A DNA stretch of 64,000 nt from Octopus bimaculoides (Eukaryota): contig NC_068997.1 in NCBI RefSeq assembly GCF_001194135.2, positions 22,460,082 to 22,524,081 of the forward strand, given 5' to 3'. The translations under genes and the position numbers were made by a program. Under the pieces are notes generated by a model. That model searched no databases and was not told where the DNA came from. It was given only the letters and a program-made list of their open reading frames with translations. Every line of letters begins with the position of its first letter. Position 1 is the first letter of the stretch. Shown in pieces: positions 41,735-52,620 of the stretch.

Positions 41735-41820
41735 GGTCACGGCTGGAGCAAAACATAGGAGAGAGTCAATGCGGATTCATTCAAAACGAGACAATTGCTC
41801 TTCTCATTGCTGAAACGCAT
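41735..41820 (+). mobile_element. Very small non-LTR RT fragment
   Basis: RLEQNIGESQCGFI resembles the xxxIxExQCGFR motif of APE-type LINE reverse transcriptases. Confidence 0.4.
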
Positions 41821-42224
41821 ATAACATTACCGTCAATTATCATCAGTGGCGCCTCGACGTTGTAGAAACATAAATCAGCCATTATTTGCATAGCTAAGGA
41901 ATATGATGTTTTGAAAGATATGAATGAGCTAATCACAAAACAGATATAGAAACAGGATCATTGGTTTCAAAAATAAGCTTGTTCTATGTTTACATATCAC
42001 CTTATAACTGTTCATTTTCAAATAGACTGTGTGCAATTCCATCCGTATTTCTCGATATCAATAGAAATTGTTTGTGCAGGCAATGAGGCGCTAAGTGAAA
42101 CCCTACTACTGAATGTGAGTGTGTCTGAAACGAAAACAAATAAATGAAATAGATACAAATAAGTGTAGACCGCTCGCTATAAGATATGAATTCATATTTC
42201 AGTTGCTAGGAGACCAGTCAGTAC

Positions 42225-42406
42225 CTTAACCAGCGTTGGAATCGTTGATCATTGTACCTTTTCATCAGTTGATGTGTCTCTTCGACAGACGAAGAAGAAA
42301 GAAACGTCCCTCGTTCATTATTTGTTTGAACAGAAGTTTTAGCAGATGGTCTGATTGATTGCAGAGATTTATGTCCAATTCTAGTAGCCGTTGATAAAAA
42401 GAAACC
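42225..42406 (-). CDS. Candidate second coding exon (GFFLSTATRIGHKSLQSIRPSAKTSVQTNNERGTFLSSSSVEETHQLMKRYNDQRFQRWL)
   Basis: Strong acceptor TTTTCCTCCATTTTCTCAG|GGT and donor TTAAG|GTACTG. The exon is 182 nt and open only in phase 0. It lies inside track ORF 42218..42448. Confidence 0.45.
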
Positions 42407-42717
42407 CTGAGAAAATGGAGGAAAATTCTCGATTAGATCTGAGTTCAAATGCCTCTAGAATCTACTGTAATCTGTATTCCTACTTTGAAAATACAAAACT
42501 GTGTGATTAGAACAATAGATAATGATATTTATCATAATCCTTTCTGCTGTAGGCACAAGGCTTGAGTGGACAGACGCAATAGTAAAAGATACGTGTGGAA
42601 CTCTAGATCACAAGACCTTAAAGAGATCTTCTTAACAACTCAGCCACGTTTGTAACAACTCCGGAGTCAAGGATATAACTAAATATTTCTTTGAAAATTT
42701 TAAGTATCTATCTATCA

Positions 42718-42756
<39 letters not shown>

Positions 42757-42777
42757 TCTCTCCCTCTCTCCCTCTCT

Positions 42778-42851
<74 letters not shown>

Positions 42852-43319
42852 TATTGAATTAAATTGGGTAGCTTTTCTGCTGTACATATGATGCGATGTG
42901 TGTTGCTGAAAAGCCGCCATTTTATGACCTTTGTGCTCTTCATAATGTACACTTGAGCTCGTGGAGTCGGTCTTTAAATTTATTGGCAGTCATAAAAGTA
43001 TAATCAATTTATGTTATTGGTGGGTTATTAGATGCATTTAATCTTGCATTTTATTCAGTTAAACTTATTTTCATTAGTGACATTTTCAGGATCATTTTAT
43101 AACTCGTATAAATTTTGTATTTGTAAATTCACTCTTGTAGACTAGCTTAAGTGAAATAAGCATGTTTAATATCTTTTACTTTTGGTCGGGGAGGTTATTT
43201 TCTGGCGAGATGTTTAATGATGCTAAGAATTATTTTATGTATATCAATCGAAAATGAAGGATTATACGAAAGCATCTTCCTGTTAAGCTTCCTTTTTTTT
43301 AGATTTCATTTATTCTTTA

Positions 43320-43530
43320 TTTGAACGCGCGAGCTCAGAATCTGCATACCTTTCCGCCGAGTATTTCGAAGAGGGATAAAATCATTGAAAATGCAGTCCT
43401 TTTCGGAAGAAATCATTTACGACGTGCACAAATATGTATATATACATGACAGCCCGCCAGACTATATGAATGCAAAATTTTAAAATAACTACGTCGGAAA
43501 CGTGAGGAAACGTGAGGAATTCGAGGAATA
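43320..43530 (-). promoter_or_regulatory. CpG-enriched, promoter-like patch around the candidate first exon
   Basis: I count about 16 CpG in about 210 bp against an AT-rich, CpG-poor background. CGGAA cores occur near 43404 and 43495, and there is a short GGAAACGTGA/GGAATTCGA tandem at 43497-43535. Confidence 0.3.
43350..43385 (-). CDS. Candidate first coding exon (MILSLFEILGGK) of an unidentified minus-strand gene
   Basis: ATG at 43385 gives 12 codons ending at a good donor, GGAAAG|GTATGC (GT at 43349-43348). It is phase 0, matching the exon at 42406, and lies in a CpG-rich patch. No homology recognised. Confidence 0.42.
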
Positions 43531-43649
43531 CGAAAAAATGTTAATGAATAAGGGTTATTTCTTCTTAATCAGAGGTTTTATGATGATACCTGGACCTAAT
43601 ATCCGTTAAAACAGTAATGTAACATCGAACAGCAATATTATTAGCAGAT

Positions 43650-44105
43650 TAACCAGGTGTCACGCCAATATAGTTGCCACGCCCAGAGATAACAACCAAG
43701 CCGGGGACCAGCATCACAGAGAGCGTCACCGAAGAACACGGTACCACATCCACGAATAATGAATAAACCATAGAAGCAGACAGAGTGACCAGTACAAACG
43801 CCGCACCTGGAAATAATGACCTATCCAGAAACAACGACATGGAGGATATATCTGCCGTTCCCAGTTCCGCCATCTCAGACGAGGACCAAACATTCATCTT
43901 CGACACCGATGGGATGAACAACCCTGCCCCATATGTTACTCGGAGTGTGAATAGGGTCACATCCCATGTTTATATTTTGGTTCGGCGAATACTTCGTTCA
44001 AGAAACGTTTTCTTAATCACCAGTCATCCTTCAGAGTCCCAGAAAGATGGTTTGCCATGTCCCTGGCCCACCATATGTGAAACCGCAAAGAGGAAGGAAC
44101 CCCGT
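43650..44105 (+). other. GC-rich decayed coding-like segment, possibly a Ty3/Gypsy pol C-terminal tail
   Basis: One frame reads about 150 codons rich in S/T/D/E/N with two stops and includes APYVTRSVNRV. It ends in purine-rich AAAGAGGAAGGAA just before a gap of about 930 N. Confidence 0.3.
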
Positions 44106-45037
44106 NNNNNNNNNNNNNNNNNNNNNNNNNNNNNNNNNNNNNNNNNNNNNNNNNNNNNNNNNNNNNNNNNNNNNNNNNNNNNNNNNNNNNNNNNNNNNNN
44201 NNNNNNNNNNNNNNNNNNNNNNNNNNNNNNNNNNNNNNNNNNNNNNNNNNNNNNNNNNNNNNNNNNNNNNNNNNNNNNNNNNNNNNNNNNNNNNNNNNNN
44301 NNNNNNNNNNNNNNNNNNNNNNNNNNNNNNNNNNNNNNNNNNNNNNNNNNNNNNNNNNNNNNNNNNNNNNNNNNNNNNNNNNNNNNNNNNNNNNNNNNNN
44401 NNNNNNNNNNNNNNNNNNNNNNNNNNNNNNNNNNNNNNNNNNNNNNNNNNNNNNNNNNNNNNNNNNNNNNNNNNNNNNNNNNNNNNNNNNNNNNNNNNNN
44501 NNNNNNNNNNNNNNNNNNNNNNNNNNNNNNNNNNNNNNNNNNNNNNNNNNNNNNNNNNNNNNNNNNNNNNNNNNNNNNNNNNNNNNNNNNNNNNNNNNNN
44601 NNNNNNNNNNNNNNNNNNNNNNNNNNNNNNNNNNNNNNNNNNNNNNNNNNNNNNNNNNNNNNNNNNNNNNNNNNNNNNNNNNNNNNNNNNNNNNNNNNNN
44701 NNNNNNNNNNNNNNNNNNNNNNNNNNNNNNNNNNNNNNNNNNNNNNNNNNNNNNNNNNNNNNNNNNNNNNNNNNNNNNNNNNNNNNNNNNNNNNNNNNNN
44801 NNNNNNNNNNNNNNNNNNNNNNNNNNNNNNNNNNNNNNNNNNNNNNNNNNNNNNNNNNNNNNNNNNNNNNNNNNNNNNNNNNNNNNNNNNNNNNNNNNNN
44901 NNNNNNNNNNNNNNNNNNNNNNNNNNNNNNNNNNNNNNNNNNNNNNNNNNNNNNNNNNNNNNNNNNNNNNNNNNNNNNNNNNNNNNNNNNNNNNNNNNNN
45001 NNNNNNNNNNNNNNNNNNNNNNNNNNNNNNNNNNNNN

Positions 45038-45090
<53 letters not shown>

Positions 45091-45743
45091 GTGTGTGTAT
45101 GTGTGTGTGTGTATAGAGTTATACCCACACATATGCATGTGTGTAAATATATATATATATACTAGTATTTACCCACAGGCTAGTACACCCATGAATAGAT
45201 ACATACACACACATACATCCCCATTCCAGCTATTTTTAATTCTAACATATGCTCTTCTATCTATTTATCCATCTCTCTCCCTCTCTCGCGCGCTCTCTCT
45301 CCGTCTCTGTTTATCTGTCTGTCTCTCTTTCTCTTTGTATGTAAACACATGCATCTGTCTTTCTTTCTAACTTCCCTTTTATATATCTGAATATTTATCT
45401 ACCCGTCTTTCCATCTATTTAAGCACTAATTAAATTACACTTCGCAATGTCCACTGGGAACTAGACTCGTTTATATTCTATTACACTTTCTTAATTACAT
45501 TTTCTTAATTACGAAAGTACGTATTTCTCTCACTTCTCATTTCATGTTAAGTTCAAGATCTGTGGTTGCTCTTACACTCTGTGGCAATAAATAACAATGA
45601 GAAAAAAAAAAGAGTGAAGCGTACGACCAAGTGATAATGTGTACTACAGTCAACTGAATGTTAACGAATACTTAATTCTACAAAGCATATGCACATATCT
45701 CCGATACATATACAAAATATATCATATATGACAGTATGCATGA

Positions 45744-45782
<39 letters not shown>

Positions 45783-46639
45783 TGTCTGTCTGTGTGTCTA
45801 TGTTTATATGTATTTATATATATTTATATATATATAATAGCGAAGACGGAGAATAGAATATACGAGGAATCTTATTGTTCACAATGATCGTTTCGGCCCA
45901 TCGACGTTCTGAACACTAAAGATTTTCGAATATTTAAAAACTGTTTTGAACTTGTTTTTGCTGCATCCTGATTCAACGTATACAATTATTTTACAGATCA
46001 TTTAAATGAAATGAGAAATTTCTTTTTTCATATCATTTACTTGATATTTGGAAATGATAATTTTTTATGTCAATTACATTAATTAATGAAATTTTATTTG
46101 CTTTCAAATCTTTTTGAACATTATGTCGCTATTTGATATTTTGAAAAATTAACTATGCTTGAATAAATAGTTATTTGTTTTGATATAATGTAGAAATTTT
46201 GTATAAAAGAAAAGTACATCTATTTAATATATCTAAATTATTTGATCAATGCACGTAATTGGCAGAACATTCTTATAATAATTTTGAATATACTATTTTG
46301 AATTAATTTTTTTTTCCTTATTGCCACTATTTATTTTTTCGGCAATTACCCATTTGTCTCAAGTATAAATCATTAACACATACAAGGGCTATTACATTTT
46401 CATGACAAAATATAGAACAAATGATGTTAGCTGACAAAAGAAAAAAAAATGCCCTCTTTGGAATCTAGGCAAGCAAAGAATCTAGCGCTTATATATTAAT
46501 ATAAAAATCGAAACTTCACATTTTATGTATTTTTACAAAAAATATATAATTAATCAACCTCAAATTTGACTACATTTTTGCTTCATAAGTTGTTTTATAG
46601 AAACCAGTTTTGATGCAGTGTCATGAAGATTCCGCTCAC

Positions 46640-46701
46640 CTAGATATTTTAAGAAAAGCTTAACTCTATGTTGTTTGGTTTCCCACAATATCAGAGAAGT
46701 T
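46640..46701 (-). CDS. Isolated candidate exon (TSLILWETKQHRVKLFLKYL)
   Basis: Acceptor CCTTCGTTTTAAACCAG|AAC and donor TCTAG|GTGAGC. The exon is 62 nt and only one frame is open (phase 2 in, phase 1 out). Confidence 0.3.
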
Positions 46702-47434
46702 CTGGTTTAAAACGAAGGTATCAACTACTCTCATTAAAATTTCATTAATTTTTGCCCCAAAATTTTCATTCATTTCGATGAATATTACTGAAATGGATTC
46801 TTCAGTTGAATATCTTTTACTAAAGCTTTTATTATACGGATTTAAAAAAAAAAAACTATATTAATGATATGACGACGTAAAGTCAATATAGCACATTGTT
46901 CTGTTTCCGATTTGACCAATTTTTCCCTCATAAATTATTATATTCCGCGCCTCGTTGAGCTTTAGTAACAAAAATAGAATCTTCTTGAAATATATTATTA
47001 AACTGTAATTAAAGCAAAAACAGTAAAGAAAGCTACACTGGTTAAACATTGTATTTATTCATTACTCTCATATATTTTTGCGTATCTTTCATCGTTGTAA
47101 GTTTTCATGGCACATTTTTTAATCTATATGAAATTGTAACAGAGCAGAGGTCTATTTCAGTCAATTTAATTGCATCTAATTTGGTCAAGCATTGGATTAG
47201 CTAGACAGCATAGAATTGTATGTGAAAAGGAAATAATGACCTTAAGAGTAATAGTGACATACTACCGTAGGTGACTGATATGTGTAGGCATAATTATGCA
47301 TGTGTATATTCGTGTGAATGTCACTGGGTGTGTATACATGTGTATGTATGTGCGTGCGTGTGTGTGTAACGAAGAATCACACAAACTAAATTATCCACCA
47401 ACAATTTTCGCGAGTTCAACATGCAATGAAAATA

Positions 47435-47468
<34 letters not shown>

Positions 47469-47669
47469 AGCTCTCATTTTCATGAACGTATCGGTCTTAG
47501 ATTGCAAACACACGTTGTGTTCGCTGTGTGTTTATGATACGGTAGAATGAGAACCTGTCTTAATCAGCTTCGATTGTGGAGAAAAGTCATTTGTCGAAGC
47601 ATACTTTAATATCCTTCGATCATGCCCTTATGGCATATTTGTGATTCACGCTTTTCTTTGTGAAAATCA

Positions 47670-48430
47670 TATGTGCAAAACAACATCCATCTTGCGGTGT
47701 CCATTTTCATTAATGCATTTCTAAAGGCGCTCTTGAAAGTTGACCTCCACTCTCTCCAATATTGATCTGTCGATTTCGGCAGCTTCCATGCGAATAGTTT
47801 CCTTCAAATCGTCCAATGTACGGGGCTTATGCGCATACACACGTGTCATGAGGTTTCCCCACAAGAAATAATCACAAATGGATAAATCAGGGGACCGAGG
47901 ATCAAGGAATGTCAGCAAACCTGGATATTAGGCGTTAACCGAAGAAAGAGCGAAGAACGTCCATTGATGCTTTGGCTGCGTAGGTCACCCCCCACCCTCA
48001 TCTTGCTGAAACCACATGTACCGTCACTTTTTTCGCCGTGCAGTGGTTTTTGCGCAGTTCTCTCGGATTTCCAAGAGCCCAATAACAACAGTTCTGTTGA
48101 TTCTCCATGCCACTGAGATGAGAATGAGCTTCATCACTCATGAATAAAATGAGGTTGTCATTCGCATCAAAAGTTGCTTCCATCTGAAGTGCGAAGTTAA
48201 GCTATTGTACGTAGTCCCAAGGTTACAACCTTTGCCCAATGACCAATCTGTACATTTGCAAATGCAGGACTTCATGCAAAATACGCCTTACCGATCGATT
48301 ACCGATGCCAATTTCAGAGGAATGCCTCCGAGCAGAGCGATTCGAACTCCGTATCAAAGCTTGTCTGACGCGTTCAACATTTTCCGGGATCCGTACCGTT
48401 CGTGGTGCCCCCACTGGTTACCCACCGGTT
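47670..48430 (-). pseudogene. Mariner-like transposase fossil, probably DD41D (rosa/Visitor-type), with a central deletion
   Basis: Motifs seen in order: GAPRTVRIPENVERVRQALIRSSNRSARRHS, LFMSDEAHSHLSGMENQQNCCYWALGNPREL, WFQQD, PRSPDLSICDYFLWGNLMTRVYAHKPRTLDDLKETIR and CINENGH. The subfamily is inferred from motif style because frameshifts prevent counting the D-D spacing. Confidence 0.88.
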
Positions 48431-48632
48431 TCCTATTAATAGCAATCAGTGTATTAAATTATAACAACTGCTTATTAGTATTGTTACTTTTAAGCGATCG
48501 CAGTGGCGTGTTACTCAAATCTAGAGATTCTCAGTTTCAATTTCAATGAAAAAACATCCTTATCGTTTAAATCATGTATTGAACACTTGATACTCACTCT
48601 TTCGACATTAGATAACACACATATTTATATAC

Positions 48633-48699
<67 letters not shown>

Positions 48700-49944
48700 C
48701 ATTAGATATGCGTTCGCACACATCAATACACAAAGTCACACACATCTCAGCGCTCGGTGTGGTCTGATATGAAACACATACAATATGCCATTTAAATCTT
48801 CTTGGAATACTTTTCATTTTTAATTCACATATATTATTTTTATTCTCTCTTCCATCTCCCTCCTGTTTCATCTTATCTTTTCCCTCTCCTCCCCTTTTCA
48901 CCTCTTTTCCTCTAGTGCCTTTTCTTCACTTTTATTTCCACAACTTTCTGCCATTCTTTAGGAAAGCTTTAAGCAATACCCATTGGTACCTTCTCATTTT
49001 TCCCCCTTTTCACTTTCTTTCGCTCCTCGCTATTCCCTACAGCTTTTCTCATATATATCCACCTTTCTCCACTCTTACCTGGCTTACTTCCTAATATATA
49101 CATATTCCTCACCACTGTCCTCTAATCCGACCACTTCCAACTCCCTGACTGTGCTACTGTCACCAACTGTTCCTCCTCTCTTTACTCCCTCCTCACGATT
49201 GCCATTATTTCAATACCACCCACTCCCAACACGTTTCACTGCCACCTATCCAACGGTCTGACATCCGGTGTGGTCCGACATGCATAACGTGCAGCCACCC
49301 CTATGTCAGCCGGAAGCGGGTGGTTTATGTGAATTTATGGCTACAAGCTGGGTGATCATGATGCAAGGAAAGATGTGTTTTTCGTTTACCTCTAAGAATG
49401 CTTCTCTGATTGTAATTATATATGATTTAGCTGGAGAGGAAGGAGTATATAGAATATATGCATCATTCTTTCTACGTGCCTAAAATTGCGCATGCATATC
49501 TCGAAGAGCATATATATATACACATATACACACACACGCATATATACATGCATACATACATACATACATACATGCAAACATACATACATACATACATACA
49601 TAAGTATATACATATATACATATATAATTATGCATATATATATATATATATATATANNNNNNNNNNNNNNNNNNNNNNNNNNNNNNNNNNNNNNNNNNNN
49701 NNNNNNNNNNNNNNNNNNNNNNNNNNNNNNNNNNNNNNNNNNNNNNNNNNNNNNNNNNNNNNNNNNNNNNNNNNNNNNNNNNNNNNNNNNNNNNNNNNNN
49801 NNNNNNNNNNNNNNNNNNNNNNNNNNNNNNNNNNNNNNNNNNNNNNNNNNNNNNNNNNNNNNNNNNNNNNNNNNNNNNNNNNNNNNNNNNNNNNNNNNNN
49901 NNNNNNNNNNNNNNNNNNNNATAGATAGATAGATAGATAGATAT

Positions 49945-49995
<51 letters not shown>

Positions 49996-51694
49996 TATCG
50001 ACCAGTCGTTTTTCTTATATGTTTCTGGCCTTCTACTAAAATCGAATGTTTTAGAACTCCACCTAAGCTACACTCATTCATCTTGTATTGTATTAAATTA
50101 CATTCGGATGTACCCTAATGGCATTGTATTGATCCCCGTCAGTTATCAATGACAACTTTAGTGCAGTAGGCTCAATGATTTTGTTGCCATATTTGATCAC
50201 CCACCCAATACGAAAGCCGGCAGGCGTTACTTTTGTGCAGCAGGAAATCTTTAGTAGTGCAAATTGCTGCGCCAAATTCAGAGGTAGACCTACCATAAAC
50301 TTTATACAACAGGCTCTCTAATAAACTCTTAGTATTGTATCAGTTTTTTGGTCTTTGGATATTTGATTTTGATTTTGCCATTCCAGTAAGCATTTCCGGT
50401 ATTATCTTCCGTTTATTATTATTTCACTATTTTGATTCAAGCTCCTGATTCCCAAGATATATTTCTTCAACGTATTTCAACCAGCTAGAAGAAATTCGTA
50501 TCGCTATGGACAAAAGTGATATCAGCAAAGTTTCTGCTCTATATCCATCGTCCTTTTAAGCTTCACGTTTTTCCTGTAGGCACATACATAAAGGCCTGTA
50601 ATTGGCATTTTGACCACATTGGATCTCTCTTGTTGACAGACATAAAACAGGTTAAATCTATAGTTTTAGCAACGGAGCCTCTGTATCATTGCTCGTAGCT
50701 TCTAGAAGTATCAGTCAAATATCATTCATTCCAAGCCATATATTAATATATTAATTAAATATATTTATAGTTCTCTTATTTTTAAGCCAGTCAGGTTTTT
50801 CCTTCTTTAATCGCAAATATTGCTTTAAAAGCTTTCTTTAATATGGCACCAGTCTTATCTTTTGTATTACTACGTGACATCCGAGTAGAACTAATTAGAT
50901 GAAGGGAAAGAGTTGATATACAATAATATATCGCCTCTGAACTAATATAGGTTATCAGCCGTAATTGATTGAAGGGAGCCATTATTTCCGCTTTGCTTTC
51001 ATTTCATTTAAAGTGATGAAGGCTGCTTCAATATGTGTATGTCTTATATCAAAGATTCTAGCTATAAAAAAGAACATGTAAGGAATTATAAAAAAGGGAA
51101 TTTTCGCAGAATCTCAGAATAAATAGAATTTTATAGGTATATGTAAGACCAAACGTTCCAGCAGTAACACAAGAAAGAAAAATAAAAGAAGACAAAGAAA
51201 AGACAAAATGAAGAAAGAGTTTTACAATAATACAAATTAAATATCATTTTATAGATTTCAGCGACTTCAAAAAATTTTGGAATGAAACAAATAAATAAAT
51301 AAAATAGTAAAATCTATGAGAAAAGGTTTTTCAGAAAACTACGGAATGAGTAGCATTTTATAGATGTCATAATTTTAAAGAAGAGAAACGAAAATTAAGG
51401 GAGGGGAAAACCTACGACTATTTGCTGTAGTGTATCGTAAATTTCAGTTTTCTGTCACGGAAACCAAAATTCGAGAAATATCGCTTTAACAATAGTTAAA
51501 TCTCCATTACGTTTTCTCTTTATTACCGCTTCCTTCACTTCCCACCCTCTAAACATAGCCTTCTATACCTACTGATTACGATGATTACTACGAAGCAATG
51601 CGCTCGAATGAAACAAAATGCTGTCGAAAATGACATTCATACTATACGATAAAGTGAAAGGAACGAAGTCGTAGATACGACAATAATAATAGTA

Positions 51695-51915
51695 ATAATA
51701 ATCCTTTCTATTATAAGCACAAGGCCTGAAATTTTGGGGACGGGACTTATCGATTACCTCGACCCCAGAATTTTACTGGTACTTAATTTATCGACCCCTG
51801 AAAGGATAAAAGGCAAAGTCGAACTTGGCAGAGTTTGAACTCAGAACGTAGTGACAGGCGAAATAGTGCTAAGCAATTCTTCCAGCGTGCTAACGACTCT
51901 GCCAGCTCGCCGCCC
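51695..51915 (-). mobile_element. SINE family B, full-length copy between TAA repeats
   Basis: AAGCACAAGGCCTGAAATTTT..TACTGGTACTTAATTTATCGACCCC..AAAGGCAAAGTCGAAC..GAACTCAGAACGT..GTGCTAACGACTCTGCCAGCTCGCCGCC. Confidence 0.9.
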
Positions 51916-51941
51916 CAGTAATGATAATAATGATGATGAAG

Positions 51942-52025
<84 letters not shown>

Positions 52026-52185
52026 GTTTCAAATTTTGCCGCAAGAGCAGGAATTTTGAGGAAGAGGGTTAAGTCGATTACATTGACCTCAGTTTTCGAC
52101 TGGCATTTATTTTATCGACCTCCAAAAGGCGTTCTAACAATTCTGCCAGCTCGCCGCCTAAATTATAATAACAATGATAGTAGTA

Positions 52186-52262
<77 letters not shown>
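51942..52262 (+). repeat. Two (TAA)n microsatellites (51942-52024 and 52187-52262) separated by a SINE
   Basis: Pure TAA runs. Confidence 0.95.
52025..52160 (-). mobile_element. SINE family B, internally deleted copy
   Basis: GGTTTCAAATTTTG..AAGTCGATTACATTGACC..ACTGGCATTTATTTTATCGACC joins directly to CTAACAATTCTGCCAGCTCGCCGCC. Confidence 0.8.
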
Positions 52263-52264
<2 letters not shown>

Positions 52265-52289
52265 AAATGATAGTGCATGCCTCGGTGAT

Positions 52290-52620
52290 GAGACGGTATC
52301 GGGGAAAACGTGAGGCTTGTCAGATATGATGATTTGAAGTGAGAAATGTTTTCATTGAAAGAGGTGTGTTGTTCATGTTGTTGGAGCTTTGGAAACTGCA
52401 GGCTCCAAGTTCATGAACTGGACTGAAAAAAATAGGAGTAAATGTGAAGATAAAGCACCTACAGAAAAAAAAGGGCTGTTTGGAATTTCTCTAATCCACC
52501 GCAGAGTTCTCAAAACCTGAAGGAGTATTACCTTAGTCCGCTGATTTTGGACAACTGACACTTTGTTACATCCCCCCAGGGAAGCTACTGTGTGAAACAA
52601 TAATGATAATTATAAAAAAT
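52290..52620 (+). mobile_element. R4/Dong-like (RLE-type) LINE, 3' end fragment
   Basis: With frameshifts it reads RYDDLK*EM..VHVVGALETAGSKFMNWTEKIGVNVKIKHLQK..LFGISLIHRRVLKT*. A short 3' UTR ends in AATAATGATAAT. Confidence 0.75.
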
